This document shows positions 36,359 through 48,296 of a stretch of DNA of 64,000 nt, one piece after another. This DNA comes from Carcharhinus amblyrhynchos. Lineage: Eukaryota. Under the pieces are notes generated by a model. The model was given only the letters and a program-made list of their open reading frames with translations. It made no database searches and was not told the DNA's origin. The translations under genes were made by a program, and so were the position numbers. Within the stretch, counting starts at the first letter, position 1. The number at the start of each line of letters is the position of its first letter. The stretch is from NCBI GenBank assembly GCA_965287045.1, contig OZ336874.1:77004001-77068000 (forward strand), in the 5' to 3' direction.

Positions 36359-36645
36359 GGCTGGCATAATGGCACAATGGTTAGCACTGCTGTCTCACAG
36401 CACCAGGGACCTGGGTTCAGTTCCGGCGTCAGGTCACTATCTGTGTGGGGTTTGTACATTCTCCCTGTGTCTGCGTGGATTTCCTCCCACAGTCCAAAGA
36501 TATGCAGGTTAGGTTGATTGGCTATTTGCAGTTGCCCCTTAGTGTCAGGAAGATTAGCAGTGTAAATACATGGGATTACAGGGATAGGGCTTGTGTGGGA
36601 TTGTCGGTGCAGAACCGATGGGCCAAATGGCCTTTGTCTGCACTG
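36359..36645 (+). mobile_element. HE1-like V-SINE, tail A
   Basis: GGCACAATGGTTAGCACTGCTG head; CCCACAGTCCAAAGATATGCAGGTTAGG; GATGGGCCAAATGGCCTTTGTCTGCACTG tail. Confidence 0.9.
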
Positions 36646-38330
36646 ACTCTAAGAACTTTTTATTTTGGTTTCGGCCTTATTTCTTGCAAAATATTTCAAT
36701 TGTCATGCTCTTTAATGTTCTTTTACAGGCGTTGCATGAAGTATAATTGATCTATTCTGTAGAACCCAGGATTCAACTAATTACCTCAAGCTCTGGTAGA
36801 ATAACACTTTTGTATTTTTTTTGTGTAGGAAACTACTGGAGTCCAATAGCCAATGTTGTTTTACCTCCATCTGCATTCTTTTGAATGTTATTTTTATTTT
36901 GCTGCCTTTAAATTAGTGCCAAAAATTTTGGGGTCAGTAAAATGTGAATTAGATTCAGGGGTTGGATTTCCTATGATCTTAATATCACCTCACCACCTCC
37001 GGCTTAGAACACAGTTGATAGTGATGTACAGTGAGCAACCTCTTCCCTTTTCCTTAGCTCTTCCAAAGTAAACCTTTGCCCTTTTGGTTGGTGTTTGTCT
37101 AAGCCCAGTTCTGAATATGGGAAATCAGAGATAGTTGATAGTGTTTGAACTTCATGTTTACTTTGGCTTACACTAAATTGATCTAAAACATCTCAGCATT
37201 GTCTCTGTAGAAGTTGTAGGCTGTGTATGCTGCTCTATTTCCACCTCAGCAGTGACTATATAAATTATAATGCATCGTATCCTAACAAATAGCCAATTGA
37301 CACTGTAATTGTTGCATGTATTTCTTTATAATTGTCTATTATGATTCTGTAACAAAGCGACAAAGAATTGGAAGCAAATTCCCAGAGGAAACATTCATCC
37401 TCCTTTGAAGCACAAATCTCTTAACTATTTACCTATGATTGAGAGGGAATTTTTTTAAATGACACTTCATGCTAAATTACTTAATTTACTTTCAATTGAT
37501 TATGGAATATTTTCTTTCATTAATCAAGTAGTGATGACAATTTCCACAATCTGTTTACTTTGGTGGCTGGAGAGAGTCTTTGGTACTTTATTCTTTTAAA
37601 ATCATGGATAGTTCTTGCTACTGCATTCTGCTGAATGTTTTATTTGAACAGTGGCTGCTGATGAGAGCAGGATTTGGGGAGTTACTGAGCTCGCTGGTGC
37701 GGGGAGCTGAATTAACACAGTCGAAATAACACAATAGTTGAAGGTTAAGGCCTTTACCCACTTGCATTTATTCCGTTTCAGTGCACTGCAAAATTTGGTA
37801 ACTCATTGTACTCAATTCCAATCAGACATCACATTTCCAGCATTTCCGATTTTAAACAAAGCCTTTTAGAAAATTAAGAGGAAAAAAGAATCTTGATGTT
37901 TCATCCTCCCCAGCATTTCAGCAAATTCCTCTTGAAGTAGGAGAGATGACTTGTTTCTCACATTTCTTTTTGTTTGCTATGTCTCGAAGCACAGATCATT
38001 CCCCGACAGATATGACAGGTAGATGGTCTACTGCCGAGAATCAGGGATGATGAGAGTTTCCTGGATTGTACATTTCAGGAAATGGCCATGCCACAGCAGT
38101 GAGAGGTCAGGGTAGTAGTAGATGGGTGGCCGTCCAGAAGAGAGGAAGTCTCAGGCATGTATCCTGTTTTCGATCAGGCACCCAACATTGAAGATTGCTG
38201 GAAGTAATAACATCTTAAAGGGGTAAAACCTAGTCCAGGCAACAATGGGCAAGGGAAGATACAAGGGGAACAGCAAAGAGTAGAAATGCAGTAGTTATAG
38301 GGAATTCCATTGTCATGGGGACAGACAGGG

Positions 38331-38610
38331 GAGCACTGCTGCCTGACAGTGCCAGGGAACTGGGTTCGATTCCTGGCTTGGGTCACTGTCTGTGTGGAGT
38401 TTGCACATTAAGAACATAAGAACATAAGAAATAGGAACATTCTCCCTGGGTCTGCATGGGTTTCCTCTGGGTGCTCTGAAAGACATGCTGGTTAGGTGCA
38501 CTGACCTGAACAGGCACCAGAGTGTGGCAACTAGGGAAATTCCACAGTAACTTCATTGCAGTGTTAATGTAAGCCTTACTTGTGACTAAAATAAATTTTA
38601 CTTTTTTTTT
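38331..38610 (+). mobile_element. HE1-like V-SINE, tail B (short-body), inserted in CR1 ORF1
   Basis: AGCACTGCTGCC..GGGTTCGATTCCTGG..CAGTAACTTCATTGCAGTGTTAATGTAAGCCTTACTTGTGACTAA. Confidence 0.88.
38410..38436 (-). mobile_element. 27-nt CR1 3'-terminal micro-insertion
   Basis: (AAGAACAT)2AAGAAATAGGA is the CR1 terminal repeat; flanked by ACATT 38405-38409/38437-38441. Confidence 0.7.
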
Positions 38611-39506
38611 TGACTGTTAGTTTTACGGTATGGTATGCTGTTTCCCCGGTTCCAAGGTAATGGATATCATAGAGAGAGTGCGGAATAATCTCCATGGAGA
38701 AGGGACTGAGTACTATACATAGGTACCAACAGGAGAGAAAGAGCAGGTATAGAACTCCTACAGTCAGATTTCCAGGACCAAGGAAGGAAATTTTAAAATT
38801 GAGTTTAGTTACTCAAAAGTAGTTTATTCTAGATTACTCCCAGTGGCACGAATTAGTGAAAATAGGAAGATAGGGAGGATCAATATGTGGTTGGAGGAAT
38901 GACTTAAACTGTTGTGGCAATGGGATCTATTGCAAAGATATGGGTTGTGTGTAAGAGCATTAGGACCAATGTCCTCATGGCAAGGTTCAAGAGTGAGATT
39001 GAGGGAGGGTTTATATTACATTTGCGTAGAAATGGGAGTTTAAAAAAAGGAATAAAATACATAAAGGAGTGAGAGCTTTGGATTTCACTAGAGAAGATAG
39101 TAGTTTGTGTTATTCAAGGATGCAAAGCATTCAAGGGTAAAAAGGGAGGTGGGATAGTAGTACTGATGAGGAAAGGCAATTGGTGTTGGAAAGAGAGGAT
39201 GTCTTAGAGGTAACAAAATGGTTAGATTTGGTTAAAATTGAGAAACAAAAAGAGTAAACCCAGGTGATGGGGGATATTCTATAGATCTCCAAATAGACCA
39301 CCAAATAGTGAGCGAATGTGTGTGGAGCAAATCTGCAGGGAAATCACAGAACTGTAGAGTGGTAGTGCTGGGGGAATTTAATTATCCGTTAGGGATGGTG
39401 TTAGAGTGAAAGGTAAACAAGAGGAGGAATTTCTGAAAACAGACCAAAAAACTGTTGAAAAGTCTCAGATGGTCAGGCAGCACCAGTGGGAAGAAACCGA
39501 GTTAAT

Positions 39507-39616
39507 GGCTGGGATTCTCGAGTCCCGCTGCTGTGAACGGAGATTTGGCTGAGTATCAAATTCTTCATTCTTGCTGACAGCCATGGCGAGGTATAGGACA
39601 TTAGAGAATTCTGGCA
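39507..39616. mobile_element. Harbinger-like MITE (family of 21827)
   Basis: GGCTGGGATTCTC..GTCCCGCTGCTGTGAACGGAGATTTGGCTGAG..GAGAATTCTGGC; flanks AAT/AAC. Confidence 0.75.
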
Positions 39617-39672
39617 AACATTTCAGATTAATGACCTATCATTTTGTTGAAATGTCATCGACCTGAAATGTT

Positions 39673-40431
39673 GGCTGGAATTGTCTGGGCTGGAATCAAT
39701 GTTTGGTGGTGGACGTGGAAGTGGGAGTGGTTTCGGCTCAGGTGAAATAGCTGACCGTGTGCAATTTTGCGTTGCTAAGCTTATTAAATACGTATCCATG
39801 AAGAGCTTGCTGATTCTCATGGAAAGAAGTGACTGTTTCCTTATTATGCGGTTTGGGGGCGGGTGGTGCCGTTGAAGATCTGGGCACCATATTTAAAAGG
39901 CAGCTGGACAGCCTGCACTGTCCCTTCTACCTTTGATGTGGAGATGCCTTCTACCTTTGCCCAGTCATTACTCCACCATTCCTCACTAGCGCTCCTTCAC
40001 TTCCTTGGTCAACTGTCACACAACATGCAGTGCCACCACCTGGTCTTCAGCATAGGATGGCATTTACTGGTGCGCCCCAAAGAGGACAATAAAGTGGCAA
40101 TTCACTGTTAACCATGGAAGAAGTCAAACTCACCTGGTGTACAACACTCATGCAGATGTAAAAATAAAGGTTCTAATTTTCGCTGGCAGGATCTCAATTT
40201 GACAGGGGATTTAATTTTGACAAGGGAGCTTAATTCTGGTGAGCTGGCCTTTTAATGAGCGTGTGTCTCATGCTGATGCATGCAAAAGGGCTTCCTGCCA
40301 TTGTTAGTTGGGAAGGTCATCCAGCCTTTAATATCCCAAGAACTGAACTCCTGAAGTTAGTTCATTACACTGTTGGGAACCTGGCCTCTAACCAAATTTC
40401 CTGCTACTGAGGGGACCGGAAGATTTCACCC
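39673..40431. mobile_element. Long Harbinger-like non-autonomous element
   Basis: Ends GGCTGGAATTGTCTGG / CCGGAAGATTTCACCC; flanks GTT/ATT; homologous to 1-1150. Confidence 0.65.
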
Positions 40432-40687
40432 ATTAAATCCGTTTCCCTCCACAGATGCTGCTTGACCTGCAGAGATTTTTTCCAGCATTTTTTTTGTTTT
40501 CATTCCAAATTTCCAGCTTTTGCAGCATTTTGTTTTTGTATGAGGAAGGAATTCCTGAAATGTGTTCAGGGGAACTTCTTTGACCAGTTCTGTTCTTGAT
40601 CCCAATGGGAAGGAGTCATTGTTGGGATTAGTGGATTTGATGCTGAGCAATAAAGTGGACAAAGTGGACCTTTGTGCCGTTCTGGAT

Positions 40688-41097
40688 CTGCATAGTGCCT
40701 TGCATAAGCACAGGTGATTCCAAAGCACTTTAAGCATTTTTTTGAAGTTGTAGTCACTGTTGTAAGGCACAAAACACAATAGCTAATTTTCAGACTTCCC
40801 ACCAGCAGCAATGTGATAATGACTGGATGATGTGTGTTTGTGATGTTGATTGTGCGATAAGTATTGGCAAGGCAAGTGAGAAAAACTGCCCTGTTCCATC
40901 AAAATTGTGTCCAAGGAGGCAAATCCTCAGTTTAACACCTCAATTCAAAAGATGGCACCCCCAAAACTGCAGCACTCCCTCAGTTCTGGATTAGTGTCAC
41001 CCTAATGTTTTTATACTTAAGTCCTGGACTGGGATTTGAACCCAAAACTTCCTGGTGCAGCGGTGAGTGTGTTACCCAACCCAACCATACTGACACA
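40688..41097 (-). mobile_element. DeuSINE (SacSINE1-like), near full length
   Basis: Deu domain AAAGATGGCACC..CTGCAGCACTCCCTCAGT; B box GGGATTTGAACCC; tail TTTGAAGTTGTAGTCACTGTTGTAA. Confidence 0.8.
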
Positions 41098-41359
41098 GCT
41101 GACTGGTTTTAGGAAGCAAGGAGCTGGCCTCTACTTGAGGACTCCCTCCCTTCTTCCCATTGTTGCTGAGGTTGGGGAGTCAAGTTGAGTGCATTACATG
41201 TTAATGCACTGAATATTCGAAGGTCTCACAGTGGTGATGAGATTTGCTTGTGAAAGCAGATGGGAACTGCTCGTGAAGGTATGGCATTAAACGGTTTGCA
41301 TATTAACTTGTTATTTTCAACATGCTGCAACTGCATCAGGCTTAGTGTGATCCTTATAT

Positions 41360-41535
41360 AAAAGCAAAATACTGCTAATGCTGGAAAATCTCAGCAGGTC
41401 TGAGTTTTCAGGTCTGAGTTTTCAAGTCTAGATGACTCTTCATCTCTGACGGAGGGTCATCTAGACTCAATTGGCTCTGTTCTCTCCCCATAGAGACTGT
41501 TAGAGCTGCTGAGATTTTCCAGCATTTTCTGTTTC
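41360..41535. mobile_element. Penelope-like family B inverted pseudo-LTR pair
   Basis: AATGCTGGAAAATCTCAGCAG / CTGCTGAGATTTTCCAGCATT and AGTCTAGATGAC / GTCATCTAGACT arms; CTGACGGAGGGTCATCTAGACTC is a decayed hammerhead lacking GAAAC. Confidence 0.75.
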
Positions 41536-42274
41536 TATTGTTCTAACACCTATGCAGGATTGTTGCTTTCCAAAGTTTGCCTATTTCTTTGCCCAAGACT
41601 ATTAATGTTGCCTAGATAAAATTTGACCCATCGGGTTCAAAATGGATTGCTTGTTTTATTTAGTGTAAGAAGCAGAGGCATTTACTGCTCCTTGGTTGGA
41701 TTGGTATCATTGCTGTAACCACAACAGACTTCTGTTGGCAATATTTTGATAAAAGTTTCCTGTACTCTCTCCCACAAGTTAAATGTTATTTGAAGCTCAT
41801 GTCTGCGGATTATTCCAATGTGGGCTTGACAAATTTTAACTGCTACATTAAAAACTTTTCCCACTGGTAGCCATATCTGTATGAACTGCTGCAAAATGGA
41901 AATAGTAACCAAAAAATTGTAATTTAAGGATTCTGTGAAGGCTAAGACAATCATATGGTAGAAAATGAATACATATTTAGCATCTGGAGGTCCCATTTAA
42001 AACTCTTCAGGGACTAATTTATCATTTTGTATTTGATTTAGAGATATGGAAACCAAATTCAGGGTATTCTACAGATCTGTGCTCTGCTGCTGGTGATGAT
42101 GAGCAATGGCCGATTGCTGCATTGTCACTTAAGCTTTCAGTGACTACATGAAATCTTTGTATTATGCAGTTGATTTATGAAAAACATCAAATAATACCAA
42201 TAGATTTTGAGCTTTAAAACCAAAATTGTGCCCCTGAAAAGCATTTTAAGCATCGTACCACAATGTGGGTAATG

Positions 42275-42462
42275 TATTAGATATTGAAGGTTTGTAGACT
42301 GCAGTAAAATCTGTGATGTGGTGTACCTCAACTCACAGAAGTGTTGACAGAGGTTTCACACAAAAGGTTATTAATTAACTGCAAGCTGTAGTGATTCACA
42401 GCCAACTTTGGGAATTGATAAACTGGTTAAAGAGTGGTAAGCTACGAGTTTTGTCAGAGGAT
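42275..42462 (+). mobile_element. Old CR1 RT fragment
   Basis: GATGTGGTGTACCTCAACTCACAGAAG..GACAGAGGTTTCACACAAAAGGTTATTA corresponds to DVVYLDFQKAFDKVPHKRLL. Confidence 0.6.
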
Positions 42463-45189
42463 CAGACTCCATAAGGCTGCTTAGTTTTATTTTGGACTTT
42501 TAACTAACAGACCAATTGGCAACTCTGTTGCCCATTTGACCCTACGTAACTCCTGTGAACTTTTCTATCTGCTGGATATTTGTCTAGTAACTGATGAGGG
42601 CTGAGTGAATAGTTTATAGCTGAGTCAGATGGAGTTGGATTTTTTTTCTTGTCAGCAAGATGTCTTCACATAGTTATGTCCACTATGGTTTGTCTCATCA
42701 CACATTACAAGAGGATGATTTATATTAACTTTGCGCCTAATGAATTTATGCTTTGCTTAACATAAGACATCAGTAAAAATGTGATATTTGATAATGGAGT
42801 GCTGTCTAGTTGGGGAATCATGTTCATGCCTTTTGTGCTCAAAGGAGCTAGTTGAGAGCATCAAATTCCCTAAGTTTCCAATAACACACAGATCAATCAT
42901 TTATCATTGCGTTGACAAACATCATGGACGTAGCAATCTGCAACAAAGGTCTGAGATGCTGTGCTTGTGTATGGGATCATGAATGTTTTGAACATGTGTA
43001 TGAGAATGGAGCCTAGTCTTCTACGTAGAGGATCGTGTCAGGAAGTGGTGAAAACACGAGAAGGGAATCAACAAATCATATTGGATAATTTGACTTATAA
43101 ACATTACATCTAGTATGTTTGACATGCGTAGCAGTTGACGGCCATCCTGATGTGATCAGTTTATATTTTGTAAAATAGAGCTATTTTCCATGTAACATTT
43201 GAGAGTTTGATGCTCAGCAAATATATACCAGAATCATTGTGCAGTGAGACTCACTGTCGAGTAGTTTTGCCGTGTCATTTTGTGGCTGTGTAATGCGCAT
43301 CGGAAAGGAGTATCATTTCAACTGAGATTGATTAAAAACACCACTTGGAGAGCAGAGTGCCATCCTACCACTGTCCTGTGCCAGCTGGGTGGTTATAGGA
43401 TTATTTTGGTTTAAAAACACTTTTTGAAATGAAATATAATCCCTTTCTATTATGGAAAGCAATGCATAAATGTTCCTGTTCACCCCAGAAGGTCAAAAAG
43501 GAGACGAGACACCGAGAGTGCCTCTTTCTCTATAGTTATCGATTTACAAAGTGTAGGATTTTATATTCTGGTGAATGCATTGTTGTACCACTGGGATTTA
43601 TTCCCCTCCAAATTCTCATCTCTTCAGTCTAATTGTGCATGCATGGGCTTATACTCGTGGTACACTAGACAGGTGGAGGCAAACTGAAGTAGACTGTCTT
43701 TTTAAAAAAAAATGCATCAAGAGCTTGTAAGTTAACGGGGAGTGTTTAACAACTTTGAAGTAGTTTTGTGTGGTGCTGAAGTGATTTGTTCAGTGGAAAT
43801 GGAGTCCGATGTTGGATTCAATCACAAGGCGACAAGTGGAATAATGATGGGAATAGGGTGAAGCTGCTGACAGCTGAGTATTGCTTTATCCCTTTCACTG
43901 GATTTTTAGCCCATGAGGGCTCATTGTGAAACCACAGTCTTTACTGAGGTGCGATGGAGGTGTTAATCACTGGAGTCACTGATGGGCAGGTAGAAGTTTG
44001 CTGAAAAATCAGTTATCTTAGAGGTTAACGGAATAAGGAAGCATGTTTGTTTTATAGGCCCCATTAATGGCAGCTAGCTCAGCACAGGTCAATGCCAGGC
44101 ATTTCTCTCTTAAGTCTGGACTGAAGGTTGAGGTTGTGATCTATAGTGACCAGAACTCCACTGGTCTGTGGGCAAGGAGGTGTTGGCAAGGATTGGGATA
44201 AATCAAATGCTGTTTCATGCATCTTTGCTCTCTCCTCTTAGTTCTTTCTCCCGTTTGTGTAAAACATCAATGTATTACCTTAATGACCCATAGCTAACTA
44301 GCTGCTCACTAAAAGCTGAAGTGCTCACATGGAATGACTTAAAGTCAAAATCAACATCATTACTCGTTGTCTAAAGCCAGGATCTGCTAATGGCCGACTG
44401 CATTGCCACCAGGCAAAGTTAGCAAGGACAGTTCGAGCAAAATTAAGCCATTTCTTCAATTGAAGCAAAGGAAATTCTATGTTATTGCAAAACAAAAATT
44501 GGAATATTATACCTTGGGTTGGAGAGATACTACCACAGGATAGAAAAAAAGTACTTCACTACACAAAGACATTTCTAAAATTGCATTTTCAAGAACTAAA
44601 TTGTCTTCTTGACTATCGTAGCAGACTAGTAAGCAGCGATAGCTGGAATATTCTAATGATATGTTCGTCACAAAGATGGAATATCAATCATTCACCTGCT
44701 TTCCGTGGGCCATCACTTCTGGGATTTTCTGACTGAGGTGACAGGAATTAGGAAAATGCCAATCTTAATAGGAGCAGATGTATTCTGAATATAAACAAAT
44801 TCTGAGAATGTGCCAAACAACATTCATGCTGGCATTTGCACCAAAGCAATGCAGGCTGCTTGGAACATCCCACGGTGTTCTTGGCAATCTGGAATGCCAA
44901 GGAGGGAAGATTAAAATTTAAAATACTGACTTTGGGTGCAATCCAGTTGCTTTCTGATATCAATGCAATTGAGGAATGCGTGCAAATAAATTGTATTGAT
45001 CAAACTGAAATTCTTGTCCACAGATGTTTCTGGCCAAGTGACTTGATGTCCAAGCCCTGTAGGGTTTGAACTCCATAATAAATCTCAGAGTAAGGAAATT
45101 CTTGTTAGGAAATACATATTAGCAAAAAAATAACTAATTTTGAAGTTTTCAAACTAACAACGTTCATTGGATTGGACAACAAAGATTAA

Positions 45190-46290
45190 TATTTAACATT
45201 CCATCAGTCAAGGCATGGCACATTACCCCTGGTCAATCCGTCTTTCAATGTTTCCTGGAATTTTTGACGTTTTCTCTTAGTTTTTTTGAACTTGGTTTCT
45301 TGACTCTCAATGTCCTTGGAGATTTTTGACTTAATCAATGTAACTTGAACACACAAACAAATCCCAGACAGCTTTAAGACTTCAACTAAAGCAAATCTTT
45401 TTTTGCTCTTTCTCTCTGAAGACGGTTCTGTAATAAAGGCTAGGATGTTACGGCCGTTCACTCCTGCTGCAGTGAGCAGAGGTTTAGCTGGGTGCCAAAT
45501 TCTCTGACCTTGCTGCAGCGGGAGCCTGCCATGAATGGCTGGTAAGATCATGTCCACAGGCTTTGGTTTAAGGCAATTACCTTTAACCCTGTGATACCAG
45601 ATTCTAATACTGATCTGGATTCCGGTGACAATTATTTTAGTCACTTTATAGGTATTAATGACAATAGTTCAACCCTGTGATAAATACTTGTCAACTGGCA
45701 AAATCCCACGCAAATGCCAAGCAGTGCTCTACTATGAACCCCTCACTTTCTTGAGAAATGCAAGTGTCTTGAGATGAATGTCATTCCCTGGCAGGTGCAA
45801 AGGCACCCCTATTTTTATACTACTTTTGCAGATAACTGCACACTGTTTAGCCCAACCATATGCACCTATGTCAACATAACTGACAACTTCTAACCAAACT
45901 TGCAATTTTTGACCAATGTGCTCCTGGTTTCCTCACAACAGTCTAAGCATTGCCTTGCAACCCTTTTGACCGGATACTATCTTCAGACCATTCTTCCAAC
46001 AAATCAGCTTTGCAAACTTGCCTCCTGTTTACTGCTCAAGCTAGACTCACTGGAGCTCAATGTGTCCTAATTACAACTCCACGTATCCTTTCTTAAGGCT
46101 ACGTTACAATATTTTCACACTTAGAGATGCCAACTTAAAAGACTTCTAAACAGTCCAACAATGCCTCGAAATGAAGACTTTTGATCACCAAGCTTATGTA
46201 CAATTTGATAGCTTAAGCCTTATTTAATTGCACAAATGTTGTGTACAAGTTGTTGCCCTTTTCAGTGATTGGTAACAAGCTCCTCCCAGT
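45190..46290 (-). mobile_element. Very old CR1-like LINE ORF2 relic, interrupted by a MITE
   Basis: Minus-strand remnants such as LVEVLK..L..SKISKD, WNALP-like 3' region near 45200-45235, and a KFA remnant near 46000-46018. Confidence 0.4.
45438..45555. mobile_element. Harbinger-like MITE (family of 21827)
   Basis: GGCTAGGATGTTACGGCCGTTCAC / TGAATGGCTGGTAAGATCATGTCC; internal GGTTTAGCTGGGTGCCAAATTCTC. Confidence 0.7.
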
Positions 46291-46343
46291 CACTAATGTC
46301 AATACTGTTGTGCTTCAAGGACAGCTTCAGAGTACAATAGAGC

Positions 46344-46684
46344 CATAGAGTCCCAACAGTGCAGAAAGGAGTCACCGGGCCCAATGAGTGTGCACTGATT
46401 CTGAAAGAGCATTACAGCCCTCCATCCTATCCCTGTAACCCCATGCATTTACCATGGCTCAACCCCCTCTAATTTAACATCTTTGGACACTAAGGGGTAA
46501 CTTAGCATTGCCAATCCACCTAATCTGCACATTTTTGGACTACGGGAAGAAACTGGAGCAACTGGAAGAAACCAAACACAGACATGGGGCGAATGTGCAA
46601 ACTCCACACGGAGTCACCCAAAGCCAGAATCTAACCCAGATCTCTGGCACTGTGAGGTAACAGTGCTAACCACTGTGCCACTGT
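46344..46684 (-). mobile_element. HE1-like V-SINE, tail A, near full length
   Basis: CATAGAGTCCCAACAGTGCAGAA tail; GAATGTGCAAACTCCACAC; CAGTGCTAACCACTGTGCCAC head. Confidence 0.9.
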
Positions 46685-47724
46685 AGCTCTGTAATAAATA
46701 CAGGAATCTTGCTGGTGTGTGCTTTTTTTTTAGGAAGTGGGCATTAGCATAACCCTGTGAAATGTCTGGAGCTGCAGTAAAGCTATGCAGTAGAAACAAA
46801 TTCCATGTTCGCAAGCGGAATTGCAAATTCGAAATCCCAGCAGAAAACCAAGTAGCAATGTGACGCTTTTGTCACATTGCCCACTGAATATTTTTTACTT
46901 TTACTTTGCTTCAATTCCAATGATTTAAAGAAACCTGAAAAGTGCTTCACAGTAATTTATGCTGAGAGAGCTCTAAATCAGTGGCAGTATGGTGGTCTGG
47001 TAGTGGTGCAGGGTGTAATAAAGCTCACCAGTGAGGTGACACTGTCCATTTAAGCAGAAAATTGAATAATAGATTCTCAGAAACCTAGAACAATTCCAGC
47101 ATGGATTGGACGTGCACAGACAAGTGTTACGAACACTGCCAGATTGTGTATTCTGCAGTTGTATCGGCACAGCTCTCTATCCCATGTTCTTGCAGAGACC
47201 AGCTCTGATGGCATAATGGGTGTGGAGGCTCAAAAGGTTAGATGATTTCTCATTTGCAAACTGGAGCCTCTGTTCTTACATGTACCTAGATTGCCTACTC
47301 ACTTCAGAAATATGTTTTCCACTGTGCATTATAACTCCATGCTAGGTCCTCAATGGATCTTTCACTGCAGTTATAAATCTACACACAATTCTAATATTTA
47401 ATTTTATTGCAGAAAATATTAACAAGGGCTTGATGCTATTTATAAATTAATGTTGATGTAAAAACAGTTTACTTAGATTATCAATGCCGAGCTACAGGAC
47501 CCCAGAGGACATCAGATGACAATTTTTAGAAAATCGAGTGGAACTGAATCCCTTCCAAGCTATCTCATTTTATGTTAGCCCCAAGGTTTTCTCTGAGCTT
47601 AGCCTTAGATGCTGGACTGGTTAACTTTCTCTCTTCCCTGCATTACCATTACCCATCTTTCTCCTTTACGCTCTCTCTTTCAGCTCCTCTTCGTTACTAT
47701 CAATTTTTCACTGCGCTCAAATAC

Positions 47725-47970
47725 CTAAAGATGAGTCAGACTGTTTGCAATGTTGGTACAATATTTGACTCCAAGATGAGCTTCTGAACACGCATCTGTG
47801 CCATCACTAGACCATCTGTCGTCACCTCTATAACTTCAGTAGCTCATCTACCGCTGAAAGTCTCTTTCGTGACTTTGTTACCTTTAGATCATTTCAATAC
47901 TTATATGGTGGGCCTTCTACAGTCTATTCTGCATAAACATAATGCCATTCAAAATCCTGCCTGTGTCCTT
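47725..47970 (+). mobile_element. L2 LINE ORF2 fragment
   Basis: QTVCNVGTIFDSKMSF then remnants of AE.L...FVT.R.D..N...GL...L.K...IQN.A. Confidence 0.7.
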
Positions 47971-47979
47971 TATGGTCCC

Positions 47980-48296
47980 TGTGGAAACCGAGACTTAAAT
48001 TCCCAGTGACCAACTCAAATGATCTCACAAAATTTCACATGTCAATACCTTCACTACAACAAACAAAAATCTGTCCCCCACTGTCACTGTCTTATCAATT
48101 ACATTAAGGTTTGTTGACACCATTTACATTGTTAAGGGAAACCAATGATGGTCTTTTGACCACATATATAAACAGGAGATAGCTAGGACACTGGGTGTCA
48201 CGAGAGGAGCATTTTCATTGACCAATAAGCTCAGTAAGGAAATAAATACTCTGTCTTAGTTCGAACTTCAGCACCTGGCTTGAATTCTGTTAAACA
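47980..48296 (+). mobile_element. Possible solo LTR
   Basis: TG...CA ends, TATATAAA near 48164, AATAAA at 48241; flanks GTCCC/ATCCT only partly match. Confidence 0.35.

Larger units (their letters stand above)
39439..40541. mobile_element. Penelope-like family B inverted pseudo-LTR pair, each arm split by a MITE
   Basis: Arms 39439-39506+39617-39643 and 39647-39672+40432-40541; ~18-bp duplication GAGGAGGAATTTCTGAAA 39421-39438 / GAGGAAGGAATTCCTGAAA 40542-40560. Confidence 0.65.
37990..40640 (+). mobile_element. Old CR1 LINE 5' part (ORF1 esterase domain and start of ORF2 endonuclease), multiply interrupted
   Basis: AVVIGNSIVMGTDR (about 38289-38330; GDS-type SGNH motif), MVCCFPGSKV, HIGTN; APE-like GGG(I)VVL, YRPPN, VVLGEFNYP; resumes at 40542 with EF.KCVQ.NF.DQ. 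Confidence 0.75.

Noticed and set aside
41679-41870. Plus-strand peptide HLLLLGWIGIIAVTTTDFCWQ resembling claudin TM1
   Set aside because: No start codon context, no W-GLW-C-C signature, and a stop after ~60 codons; likely chance.
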